Below are positions 20,192 through 29,925 of a stretch of DNA of 64,000 nucleotides, piece after piece. The notes under the pieces are model-generated. The model worked only from the letters and a program-made list of their open reading frames with translations. It was not told the origin of the DNA and did no database searches. The DNA comes from Nitrospirota bacterium (GTDB lineage: Bacteria; Nitrospirota; UBA9217). The stretch spans positions 384,001 through 448,000 of the forward strand of contig CAVWHO010000016.1 in assembly GCA_963754875.1 (NCBI GenBank), given 5' to 3'. The position numbers and the translations under genes were made by a program. How positions within the stretch are numbered: position 1 is the first letter of the stretch; every line of letters starts with the position of its first letter.

Positions 20192-21560
20192 TTATTCTTT
20201 CTTATAGTTCGATGGATTCAGCTCGTATTTTTTCAGGAGCGTGTACATATCGGCCCGGTACCTGCCGGCCAGCTCTGCGGCGCCAGTCACGTTCCCCTGG
20301 GTCAGTTGCAGGAGCCTGATGAGATAACTTTTCTCAAAAGCCTCGCGCGCTTCCTTCAGGGGTTTGATCGTCTCTTCCTGTCCGCCTTTTGCCGGGAGGA
20401 TCAGATCCTCGGAAATGACGTCCTGGCCGGTCATGGCCACGGCATACTCGATGGTGTTTTCCAATTCCCGCACGTTGCCGGGCCAGTCGTGGAGCATGAG
20501 CCGCCTCAGCGCCTGCGGGGTGAAACCTTTTATTTTTTTATTCATCTCCCCGCAGAATTTTTTCAGGAAGTGGTCTGTCAGCACGGGGATGTCATCCCGT
20601 CTCTCCCTTAGGGGCGGCAGCACCACGGGAATAACGTGGATCCGGTAATAGAGGTCTTCGCGGAACAATCCCTGTTTGACTTGATCTTCCAGGTTTTTAT
20701 TCGTGGCCACGATGACCCGGACATCCACATCGAGGGGTTGTTCACCGCCCACGAGGTAGAACTGACGTTCCTGGAGGACGCGCAGAAACTTCGCCTGGAT
20801 GGAGAGGGGCATGTCGCCGATCTCGTCCAGAAATATTGACCCCCCATGCGCCTGGGCAAAGAGGCCTTTCGTGCTTTTAATGGCGCCGGTAAAAGCTCCT
20901 TTCTCATGGCCGAAAAGCTCGCTCTCCAACAGCGTTTCAGGGATGGCCGCACAGTTGATGGCGATGAAGGGTTCGTCTTTTCTGTTGCTGGCGAGATGGA
21001 TGGCTCGCGCAATCAGCTCTTTGCCCGTCCCGCTTTCGCCGCGGACATACACTGTAGATTCCGTCCGTGCGATCCGCGAGACCGCCTCCAGAACGGTCTG
21101 CATGGAAGCGCTCCGCGCCACAATGTTCTGGAAGTCATAACGCTCTGACAACAGCCCCTTCAGGCGGTCGATTTCCGATGAAAGCCTCCTGTTCTCCAAA
21201 GCATGTTCCACATGCAGGATCAGTTCCCGGGCGTCGAAGGGCTTTGTCAGATACGTGAACGCGCCGCGCTTCATCGCATCCACGGCGCTCTCGATGCTGC
21301 CGTGGGCGGTGAGGATGATGACTGGCATGCCCGGGTTCATGCGGTGCAGTTCCTCCATGAGCGTGATCCCGTCCGAGTAGACGAGCTGCAAATCGAGGAT
21401 TGCGAGGTCAAAAGCCTGACCCGCAGCTGACGTTTTTGCCTCTTCTTCGTCCGGCGCCGTGGTCACGGTGTAGCCTGAGGACTCCAGCCGCATCTGCATC
21501 AGTTCCAGGAGGTTCCGGTCGTCGTCTACGATCAACAGTGTTGCCTGCGTTCGTCGTCAT
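20192..21560 (-). CDS. sigma-54-dependent response regulator (GlrR/QseF-like); apparent +1 base near the 5' end
   Basis: REC domain; GESGTGKE, GAFTGA, WPGNVRELEN and Fis HTH. The ATG at 21560 is one base out of frame with the body. Confidence 0.9.
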
Positions 21561-21562
21561 GC

Positions 21563-22018
21563 CTACTTTTCCAATCCCATCTTTTTTTCCTGGATGTCGA
21601 GGTCCACTTGTTTTGCCTTTTCAAAGTCCTGCAATACGCTCACCCAAATCTTCGCCTCGTCAACGAGGGAGCTTTGCGGGAATTCCCGTTCGACCCGCAT
21701 AAAATAGCCTAAGGCTTTTTTATAGTCCTTTTTCGGATTCGCATAGTGGGCGCTGATGAGGCCCAGGTTCAGGAGCGCCTCGTCAGCCCCGGACGTTATC
21801 GTCGGGTTGGACAGAATGTCCTGACTGGCCTTCACGGCGCCCTCAAAGTCACCGCGCCTGATAAACCCTTCCACCCGTTCAAAATGGTCGCAGCCTTCTT
21901 TATCCGGAGCGGCAACCTGCGGCTGATTAATCGTGATACATCCGGCGACCATCAAGAGGATTAGACAGGCAATTGAAATGTAAACGTGCTGCCGCTTCCA
22001 GATTCGCTGTGCACCCAT
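21563..22018 (-). CDS. TPR-like lipoprotein (QseG/YfhG-like position)
   Basis: Lipobox VAGC and TPR-like helices; lies between the kinase and the regulator. Confidence 0.7.
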   Translation of the reverse strand: MGAQRIWKRQHVYISIACLILLMVAGCITINQPQVAAPDKEGCDHFERVEGFIRRGDFEGAVKASQDILSNPTITSGADEALLNLGLISAHYANPKKDYKKALGYFMRVEREFPQSSLVDEAKIWVSVLQDFEKAKQVDLDIQEKKMGLEK

Positions 22019-23415
22019 ACGGTTCCTCCATGAGCTTCAATGATGTGCTTCACGATGGCGAGTCCCAGGCCGGTGCCCGGAACCTTGGCTGAGCCGGGGA
22101 CCTGCCGGAACTTGTCGAAGATCACTGCCGCATGTTCATTCGGAATTCCCGGCCCCGTGTCCGCGACCGAAACAATGATCGTGTTCTCCTCGCTCCGGGC
22201 GGAGATGCTCACCGTTCCTCCCCGGGGCGTAAACTTCAGCGCGTTGCCGAGCAGGTTCCGCAGAACCTGGAGCATCCTTTCGGTGTCCATGCGCAGCAAC
22301 GGCAATTCCGGGGCATCACGGTTTATCGTAATGTGTTTCGCTTCCGCCAGCGGCCCCACTTCATGCACGACCTGTGCGATGATCGGCAGCAAGTCTGCCT
22401 TCATAAAATTAAAGTTCAGAATGCCGGACTCAAGCTTCGAAAGGTCCAAAACGGAATTGACCAGCCCGATCAGCCGGTCGCTCTCCTCGGAGATGATCGT
22501 AAGGAGTTTTTTTTGCCGGTCCGTGACCTCCCCGCCTTTTCCTTCGAGAAACAGGTTGGTCCCTTCCCGGATGGCGGTGAGCGGCGTCCGAAGTTCATGG
22601 GACATGAGCGCAAAAAAATCCGACTTGATTTTGTCCACTTCCTTGAGCGTGAGGCACATCGTGTTGAGTGCCTGGGCCAGTTCCCCGATTTCCGGCGGCG
22701 AGGGGAGTTCCAGGTCCGCTTCGAACACGCCGTCGGCAATGTCCTTCGTCTTCTTCTGCATCACGGTGAGCGGGCGCGTAATGCTTATGTTGATCCAGAT
22801 GGCAAGGATGATCCCGAACACCAGCATTGCCGCGCTCACGGCCATTGCGATGGTCCGCGCCCTCGTGCCCGCCTCGTCCAGTTTTTTCACCTTATCGAAA
22901 ATGGCCTGCTGGCTCAGGAGACGGATTTTCAGCAGTTCATCGATGGCCGCATCAACGGCCCGGTCCCTTTCCCGCGCATACCATTCTTTCCGTTTATAAG
23001 GAAGGCCTTTTTTCAGGAATTCAGTCTCTTCTTTAAACAGCGAGTAATACGTCAGATGAAGGTCAGCAACCTTATTCAAGGCCTCTTGCATCTCGCGAGG
23101 AATGGTCATGTGGCGGGCTTCGCTGAGATAGTGTTCAAATTCTCCCCGGGATTTCTGAAAACCGTCATAGAGCGCCCGGTCCTGCACAATGAGATATTTT
23201 TTTTCATACCTTGTTTCTGAGAGGAGTGCGTCGGTCAGGTCTTTATGAAGTCCCATGAGAGGATTGTCCACCATAATGATAGAGCGCGTAACGTTGGTCA
23301 CTCTGCCGAGCTGCACGATGGCGTACATGCTCATGCCCGCAGCCAGGATGAGCAGAAAAAAAAATGCCAGAAACAAGCGCGTAAAAAGGCTAACTTTCAC
23401 ATTCAACACCTGCAT
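21961..23415 (-). CDS. HAMP sensor histidine kinase (GlrK/QseE-like)
   Basis: Two TMs, HAMP, SHELRTPL, NALKF, DTGPGI and GTGLGL. Confidence 0.92.
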   Translation of the reverse strand: MQVLNVKVSLFTRLFLAFFFLLILAAGMSMYAIVQLGRVTNVTRSIIMVDNPLMGLHKDLTDALLSETRYEKKYLIVQDRALYDGFQKSRGEFEHYLSEARHMTIPREMQEALNKVADLHLTYYSLFKEETEFLKKGLPYKRKEWYARERDRAVDAAIDELLKIRLLSQQAIFDKVKKLDEAGTRARTIAMAVSAAMLVFGIILAIWINISITRPLTVMQKKTKDIADGVFEADLELPSPPEIGELAQALNTMCLTLKEVDKIKSDFFALMSHELRTPLTAIREGTNLFLEGKGGEVTDRQKKLLTIISEESDRLIGLVNSVLDLSKLESGILNFNFMKADLLPIIAQVVHEVGPLAEAKHITINRDAPELPLLRMDTERMLQVLRNLLGNALKFTPRGGTVSISARSEENTIIVSVADTGPGIPNEHAAVIFDKFRQVPGSAKVPGTGLGLAIVKHIIEAHGGTVWVHSESGSGSTFTFQLPV

Positions 23416-23807
23416 GATGCCCGCACCAGGCGGCCATCTTCGTTTCTCTAGATAGAGTATTATGCAGCAATACTAAGGGAGTAGCCTCGATTGAAATACA
23501 GAGTGCAGCCATAGTACACCATTTTTTTTTCTTCCGCTAATAAATCTTCATCACGGCTCCCCAGATCTCACAAGCTGTGCGGCATCTGCGAAGCAATACA
23601 ACATGTCTTTTATAATTCTGCCCTTTTTTTCTCCATTTTTGAAAAGGGAAAAACATCCGAACAAGCGGAGGCAACGGACGCTCCTGCTCCCGTCTCCTTC
23701 CTGTCGCGCGCCTCCCACTCCTCGCGAAGACACCACCGTCGTTATCCCTGTGCGTCTGTTTCATAAAGATTTTTTGCTTTCTCGCATCTTTCGGTTATAA
23801 TAGTCCC

Positions 23808-24800
23808 ATGCCGATCCGTAAAATTCTGAAGAACAACCCCTTTGTCCTGGCACCGATGGCCGGCATCACCGATTTTCCCTTCCGCACGATCTGCAAGGAA
23901 CTCGGCGCAGGACTCGTATTCTCAGAGATGGTGAGCGTCGAAGCCTTGATTCGCGAGCACAGGCGGACGAACGCCATGCTGCATACCGCTCCGGCCGAGC
24001 GACCCGTCGTTTTTCAGATCTTCGGGTCAAAACCTGCCTCGATGGCAGAGGCGGCGCATATTGTTTCCCGAGGCGAAGTGGACTTCATCGACATCAACAT
24101 GGGTTGTCCCGTGCCGAAGATATTAAAGTCAGGCGCCGGTGCGGCCTTGCTGCGCGATATGGGACTTGCAAAGGAGATCATGTCCGCTGTTGTGGGCGCG
24201 TCGAAAGTCCCGGTGACGGTCAAGATCCGTCTCGGCTGGGACGCCAGAAGCATGGTGGCTATTGACTTCGCGCAGGCTGCTGAATCCGCCGGGATGGCCG
24301 GAGTCACTGTGCACGGGCGGACAAAGGCCCAGGGTTTTTCCGGCAGTGCAGACTGGAACATGATCAAGCACGTTAAAGACTCTGTCGGCATCCCGGTGAT
24401 CGGAAACGGCGACGTGCATGTGGCCAGCGACGCAAAACGGATGATGGAGGAGACTGGCTGCGACGGCGTCATGATCGGCCGTGCGATCCAAGGATACCCC
24501 TGGATCTTTCGGGAGGCGAAACAGTATTTTGAAACCGGCGTCGTCCCGCCCCCTCCCACGATCGAGGAGCGTAAGGCCGTTATGGTACGTCATCTCGATG
24601 AAATGGTCAACCTTGTCGGCGAGAACATCGGCGTCCGGGAAATGCGGAAGCACCTTTGCTGGTATACGAAAGGGCTACATGGCGGCGCCGAGTTCAGGAC
24701 GAGGATCAATCATCTCTCGACCGTCGGCGAAGTGAAGCGGGAAATACAGGAATTTTTCGCGGGAGTGCATGACATCGTCACGGCGTCTCATCTGGCATAA
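23808..24800 (+). CDS. dusB: tRNA-dihydrouridine synthase B
   Basis: LAPMAGITD, DINMGCP, VHGRT, GNGD and GVMIGR motifs. Confidence 0.93.
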   Translation: MPIRKILKNNPFVLAPMAGITDFPFRTICKELGAGLVFSEMVSVEALIREHRRTNAMLHTAPAERPVVFQIFGSKPASMAEAAHIVSRGEVDFIDINMGCPVPKILKSGAGAALLRDMGLAKEIMSAVVGASKVPVTVKIRLGWDARSMVAIDFAQAAESAGMAGVTVHGRTKAQGFSGSADWNMIKHVKDSVGIPVIGNGDVHVASDAKRMMEETGCDGVMIGRAIQGYPWIFREAKQYFETGVVPPPPTIEERKAVMVRHLDEMVNLVGENIGVREMRKHLCWYTKGLHGGAEFRTRINHLSTVGEVKREIQEFFAGVHDIVTASHLA

Positions 24801-24837
24801 ACCGCATTACTCATCGTTCCTTGAGGCAAGATCTGAT

Positions 24838-25212
24838 ATGTCGCCTAAAAAGAGAGGGCCGGAAGAGAGCATCATCGCCGAAGCTCGGCACAACAGGGCG
24901 CTCCGGGAAAAGGAATACCGGGAGCAGGCGCTCAAGATGTATCCCCACCTCTGTTCGCGGTGCGGAAGAGAATTTTCCGGCAAGAAGCTCCGCGAACTCA
25001 CGGTCCATCACAAGGACCACAACCACGACAACAATCCGCCAGACGGCAGCAACTGGGAATTGCTCTGTCTCTACTGCCATGACAACGAGCATCAGGAATA
25101 TCTGGATGAGGAGTCGTTCGGAAAATCGACGACCGGCAGCGGGAACAAGCAGACTGCAACGCACAGACCTTTTGCTGCGCTCCAGGATTTGCTGAAAAAC
25201 AAAAAAAACTAG
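24838..25212 (+). CDS. yajD: YajD-family HNH nuclease
   Basis: YREQALK.YP..C.RCGREF...LTVHHKDHNHDNNPPDGSNWELLCLYCHDNEH. Confidence 0.9.
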   Translation: MSPKKRGPEESIIAEARHNRALREKEYREQALKMYPHLCSRCGREFSGKKLRELTVHHKDHNHDNNPPDGSNWELLCLYCHDNEHQEYLDEESFGKSTTGSGNKQTATHRPFAALQDLLKNKKN

Positions 25213-26288
25213 TGTAGTGCGTCCAACGCTTCTTTACTTTTGGCGACCTTGGACAAAATCTGTTCCACAGGTGCAGTCCATACAAACACCTGCGGATTTT
25301 GGTTGTGATTATCGATATAGTTTTTGATAGCGTCGATTAATGCTGGCACGTTCCGAAACGTGCCACGACGTATCCGCTTGTCGGTAATTTCTCGGAACCA
25401 CCGCTCGACCATGTTCAGCCAAGAGCTCGAGGTCGGGATAAAGTGCAAATGGAACCGTGGATGCCGCTTGAGCCAGGTTTTTACGCTGGGATGCTTGTGG
25501 GTCCCGTAATTGTCTACGATCAAGTGCAGGTCGAGACCGATCGGGGTCTCTCCATCTATTTTCTTGAGGAAGCGGATAAATTCTTGATGCCGATGGCGCG
25601 GCAGGCAGTCGCCGATAATCGTACCGTCGAGCATGCTGAGGGCTGCAAATAATGTTGTTGTGCCGTTTCGTTTGTAATCGTGCGTCATGGTCCCACAACG
25701 GCCCTTTTTCAACGGCAACCCCGGCTGCGTCCGGTCGAGTGCTTGGATTTGACTCTTCTCGTCGACACAGAGCACGAGGGACTTGTCCGGAGGATTGAGA
25801 TAGAGCCCAACAACGTCGTACAGTTTCTCGACGAAGTTTTTGTCGCGGCTGACCTTGAAGGTTTTGATCAAATGAGGCTTTAAGTCGTGTTGCTTCCATA
25901 TACGGCGTATTGTGGCTTCGCTTAACCCTTGAGCCTTGGCCATGCTGCGAGTGCTCCAATGGGTTGCATTGGGTGGAGTGGTATGGAGGGTGGCTTCGAT
26001 GACTGCTTGAACCTTCTTCACCGGTATTTTGGGGATACGACCAGGACGGGGTGCATCCTTTTCCAGTCCCTCCAGTCGAAAAGCCAGAAACCGCTGTCGC
26101 CAAAGCTGCACGGTTGGCCGGGAGACACCAAGCTCCTGTGCAATATCTTGGTTCTGTACTCCATCCACAGCCATTCGGATGATCAGTGCACGTTGTACAA
26201 GTCGCAAGGGAAAGCTTTTTCCACGAACCCAGACGTCCAATTTGGATTGTTCCTCAGGAGACAAAATAATGGGCGCTGCGCTTTTCAT
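25209..26288 (-). CDS. IS630 family transposase
   Basis: Same motifs as 17382-18545 (CVDEKSQIQALDRTQPGLPLKKGR...). Confidence 0.95.
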   Translation of the reverse strand: MKSAAPIILSPEEQSKLDVWVRGKSFPLRLVQRALIIRMAVDGVQNQDIAQELGVSRPTVQLWRQRFLAFRLEGLEKDAPRPGRIPKIPVKKVQAVIEATLHTTPPNATHWSTRSMAKAQGLSEATIRRIWKQHDLKPHLIKTFKVSRDKNFVEKLYDVVGLYLNPPDKSLVLCVDEKSQIQALDRTQPGLPLKKGRCGTMTHDYKRNGTTTLFAALSMLDGTIIGDCLPRHRHQEFIRFLKKIDGETPIGLDLHLIVDNYGTHKHPSVKTWLKRHPRFHLHFIPTSSSWLNMVERWFREITDKRIRRGTFRNVPALIDAIKNYIDNHNQNPQVFVWTAPVEQILSKVAKSKEALDALH

Positions 26289-26346
26289 GATGGCTTAGCA
26301 TACAGAGTTCCATATCATAAGTCAAGTTATTTATGACGCAGTACAC
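25212..26346 (-). mobile_element. IS630-family element #3
   Basis: TIRs TAGTGTA(G/C)TGCGTC; CTAG at 25209 and 26346. Confidence 0.93.
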
Positions 26347-26459
26347 TAGCGCCTAAACCCGTCCCAATTCTTCTTTTCCTGATTTCATCCTCTCCATGCA
26401 ATAATCGCGAATAGCTTTTAATTCTGGTACCAAAGCTCTGCTGCGTCTGTGAAGAATTT

Positions 26460-26822
26460 TCACGATAACACCTTCCCAAGCTTGGTTCGAGTTTCATGGA
26501 TATAGTTCCGCATGTCCGAAACCATGCTATGAATCGTAAGGGAAGAAACTTTTGTTCCGTAGGAGATTTGAAGTAACCGCAATATCTTGCGAATCTCAAC
26601 AAGGCAATCCTTTATAATCGTTTTCTCGTTCTTTTTACAGGTTTTCAAGTCATTCGATAAAAACTCGTCAATACTGTCCTTCAACTCAAAAATGAACGCC
26701 CCACAATTTAATGAATTTTCCCATTCGGTTGATTTCATCTTACAAATGTGCTGTACGTCAGCCTCAAGCTTCATCAGAAAACGATACGATGCGGCTTTTT
26801 GGGTTAAGTTATTAATGGCCAC
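26460..26822 (-). CDS. hypothetical protein (AT-rich)
   Basis: RBS AGGAG before GTG; no recognisable domain. Confidence 0.45.
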   Translation of the reverse strand: MAINNLTQKAASYRFLMKLEADVQHICKMKSTEWENSLNCGAFIFELKDSIDEFLSNDLKTCKKNEKTIIKDCLVEIRKILRLLQISYGTKVSSLTIHSMVSDMRNYIHETRTKLGKVLS

Positions 26823-27513
26823 GAGCGTTGTCTCCTACAGGTGAATTCTATTGTTGGAGATTACAGCATTGTGTCAAATAATGTCAAGATAATTGGGATG
26901 CTCCGATTTATCATCGGTATGTTATACATGTAACACTCGAGAAGGTTGCTCCCCCAGCACACAACGTACATTCTTAGCAGGAGGTTTCTACTTTGGGTAG
27001 ATTATAGATTGTCTCTTCCAACAACAATCAATACTTAACCCGTAATTATTATCACACAGGAATGACGAGAACTATACAAAGATGCTCGCCTCACGATGTT
27101 AACAACTTTACCTTGACACGTCTGTAGCCATAAAATATACTCGTTTACGTGAAAGCTACACAATTTTTATCCCTCCAAAACCGAAGCTTCGTACTTGGTG
27201 GGTGAGATTTCTCCTTGCCTCTTCTGCACATTCGCGCGTGAAAGTATAATGTTTTCACCCCAGTATTACCGGATTTTCGGAAATAACGGGGCGCTTTCCG
27301 TCCCTTCATTATCTTGCTGTACTTGGATAAATATAGGCCCCGAGCATTCCTATATGACTGAGCTGAATAGACGAATTAAGCGGTCCATTTCTACATTAGC
27401 GCTCGTCGTTTCTTGCCTGATGTTTGGCTCCTACGAACAGCAAACTAAAGAGAGAGTCTTTCGCAAATAGACTTTTTCTACAGACTCGTTGTTTCCTCAA
27501 TGGGAGTGTTTTC

Positions 27514-27813
27514 ATGAAATCCGAAATAACTACTTGGTTGATCTTTTATCTGATTCTTTTGACGTACGCATTTAGCTCAAAATTAATGGCGATCGAGATG
27601 GCAAGAAAAGTGATGGAAGCAAAACAATGGCCTCCGCCGGACGTCTTCTCCGGCCCGAATCGGGGTGGCTCACTCCTGGATTCCCTCAGACAACCACTAT
27701 ACGGCACAGATGCAATTAAAACCGCCAAAAGGTATGTGATTATGTCCGATGTTTTTTTGTGGTGCGTAGTATGGTCATTCATTATTTTTGGGCTTTTTTT
27801 GTGGGAGTCTTAA
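27514..27813 (+). CDS. small two-TM hypothetical protein (AT-rich)
   Basis: RBS GGAG; two hydrophobic segments. Confidence 0.55.
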   Translation: MKSEITTWLIFYLILLTYAFSSKLMAIEMARKVMEAKQWPPPDVFSGPNRGGSLLDSLRQPLYGTDAIKTAKRYVIMSDVFLWCVVWSFIIFGLFLWES

Positions 27814-27817
27814 GTCT

Positions 27818-28405
27818 ATGAGCACACTTATTAAGCCTTATAAGGACGATATCGCAAACAACCGACCGGGAGTTGAGCTCTTTGTTTGGAGGGTTGCGGT
27901 TTTATTTATTTTTTTTGTCTTGTCTATTTTACTGTTTACTCTACAGCTAGACAGCATGTCCTTTATCAAGAAAACTGCGACATTGTCATGCAGCCTTGTT
28001 CTTTCGCTCATGATCTTTTATCATTTGTACCTGATTATTTTTTTCAAGAAGCTTTGCTACGATATCACAGCGGATAGCTTAACGATACGATCGTTTATGT
28101 TGCATGATGAAATTAAATTTTCCGACATTAAAGAGATGACAAGCCTGGCGAATGAAACACTTGTGCTAAAAAAGAAAAATTTATTTTCTTATTTCAGAGA
28201 ATCACCACAAATAGTTTATCCTGTGGCACAGCTCGGTACTTGTACCTTGGAAAGATTTGGAGCTGTCAGGTTTTATAGTTTTGTGGATACTTTTAAGAAA
28301 CCCAAAAACTTACTATTCATTCGTATAGCTAAAAATAGACAATATGCAATATCGCCCATTCTTGCTGATGAATTTATAAATTTGATTAATCGATCCGGAA
28401 AGTGA
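27818..28405 (+). CDS. membrane protein with a possible bacterial PH domain (AT-rich)
   Basis: Two TMs followed by a YDITADSLTIRS...IKFSDIK...YAISP pattern. Confidence 0.55.
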   Translation: MSTLIKPYKDDIANNRPGVELFVWRVAVLFIFFVLSILLFTLQLDSMSFIKKTATLSCSLVLSLMIFYHLYLIIFFKKLCYDITADSLTIRSFMLHDEIKFSDIKEMTSLANETLVLKKKNLFSYFRESPQIVYPVAQLGTCTLERFGAVRFYSFVDTFKKPKNLLFIRIAKNRQYAISPILADEFINLINRSGK

Positions 28406-28488
28406 TCCGACCAGCGCGCCAGTAGCGACGCGACAAAGGGCGGGGGGGGTCCTGCGGCTGTACGATATTTTGACGTTACGACCAGGGG

Positions 28489-29925
28489 TTAAGCGTTATT
28501 AGAGAAACCGGCTGACTTCTCACCCTTTTTTTCATCTTTTCTGAACTGGGCTGAGTTAATCCCATACTTCCTCATAACCTGCTGGAGTGATTGGCGCTCT
28601 ACGCCGGCAGCCTGGGCGGCCAGGGAAACGTTTCCCTCTGTCCGCCGCAGCAGGTTTGAGATATATTCAATATTAAATTCGGCGAGCACCTTATTCTTTG
28701 CCTCCCGATAATCGATGCCGTCGGTCTCTATCGCGCTGTTTTGTGGGGTGATCAGTTCCGCGCTGCTTCCGAAGTCCGACGGCGAGAGCATCTCGCCTTT
28801 TGAAAAGATCACCGCCCGTTTTATCTCGTTCTGAAGTTCCCGGGCATTGCCTTTCCATTGGCGGGGAACAAGATATTGCATCGTTTCTTCCGTCAACCTC
28901 TTCCGGTCCAATCCAAGCTCGCTGCAAAACAGGGATAGAAAGTGGTAGGCGATGAGGGGTATATCTTCCGGTATGTCCCTGAGCGGCGGCGTCTGGACCG
29001 AAACGACATTAAGCCTGTAGTAAAGATCAGCCCTGAAAAGCCCCGCCGCAACGTTAGCGGCCAGGTCCCTGTTGGTCGCCGCTATGACCCGTGCATCCAC
29101 CCTCCGGGTTGTGGTATCGCCAAGCGGCTTCAGCTCCCGTTCCTGCAGCACTCTCAGGAGCTTCGCCTGCAACGAGGGGGAGATGTCGCCTATCTCGTCC
29201 AGGAGCAGGGTCCCGCCCTGGGCTGCCTGAAAAAGCCCCTCCCGGTCGGAGGTGGCCCCGGTAAACGCGCCTTTGCGGTACCCGAAAAGTTCGCTCTCCA
29301 GGATGGTTTCAGGGATCGCCGGACAGTTGACCGCCACAAAGGGCTTGCCGGTCCTGTTGCTGAGATTGTGGATCATGCGGGCCGCCAGTTCCTTGCCGGT
29401 CCCGGTTTCGCCCGTTATGAGCACGGTCACGTCCGTCCCGGCGACCAGCTTGATGGTATCGATGAGCTTCTTCATCCGGGGCGACTCTCCGACAAAAAAA
29501 GTCTCCTTCTCTTTCTCCCGAATCCTTCTTTCGAGGTCCATGTTCCTTCGGAGAAGATGTTCATGCTCCAGTGCCCTCCGCACTGTATGCAGCAACCGCT
29601 CCTCCTCGAACGGCTTGGTGATGAAGTCGTAGGCACCATCTTTCATGGCCTCCACAGCTTTTTCGATATCGCCATATGCCGTCATCATTATGATGGGGAG
29701 GGAACTGTCTTTTTTCTTGATGTGCCGCAAGAGCTCCATGCCGTCCATGCCCGGCATTTTCATATCGACAAGCAGACAGTTGACCTCGTTCTCCTTGAGA
29801 ATTTGAAGTGCCGTTTCCGCACCGTCGGCGGCAAGTGTTTCCACATTCAGCGTGCTTCCCATCAGCCTCTCCAGCCAGCGGGTGATGTCCGGTTTGTCGT
29901 CAACAATGAGGATCTTCTGTTTCAT
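28489..29925 (-). CDS. sigma-54-dependent response regulator (NtrC family)
   Basis: REC domain; GETGTGKE, GAFTGA, WKGNARELQN and HTH. Confidence 0.93.
   Translation of the reverse strand: MKQKILIVDDKPDITRWLERLMGSTLNVETLAADGAETALQILKENEVNCLLVDMKMPGMDGMELLRHIKKKDSSLPIIMMTAYGDIEKAVEAMKDGAYDFITKPFEEERLLHTVRRALEHEHLLRRNMDLERRIREKEKETFFVGESPRMKKLIDTIKLVAGTDVTVLITGETGTGKELAARMIHNLSNRTGKPFVAVNCPAIPETILESELFGYRKGAFTGATSDREGLFQAAQGGTLLLDEIGDISPSLQAKLLRVLQERELKPLGDTTTRRVDARVIAATNRDLAANVAAGLFRADLYYRLNVVSVQTPPLRDIPEDIPLIAYHFLSLFCSELGLDRKRLTEETMQYLVPRQWKGNARELQNEIKRAVIFSKGEMLSPSDFGSSAELITPQNSAIETDGIDYREAKNKVLAEFNIEYISNLLRRTEGNVSLAAQAAGVERQSLQQVMRKYGINSAQFRKDEKKGEKSAGFSNNA

Noticed and set aside
26412..26462. 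Selenocysteine read-through of the TGA ending the 26460-26822 ORF
   Set aside because: No redox motif or convincing SECIS hairpin, and it would add only ~14 residues.
23808..28480. dus-associated integrative island
   Set aside because: No integrase and no duplicated dusB fragment seen.
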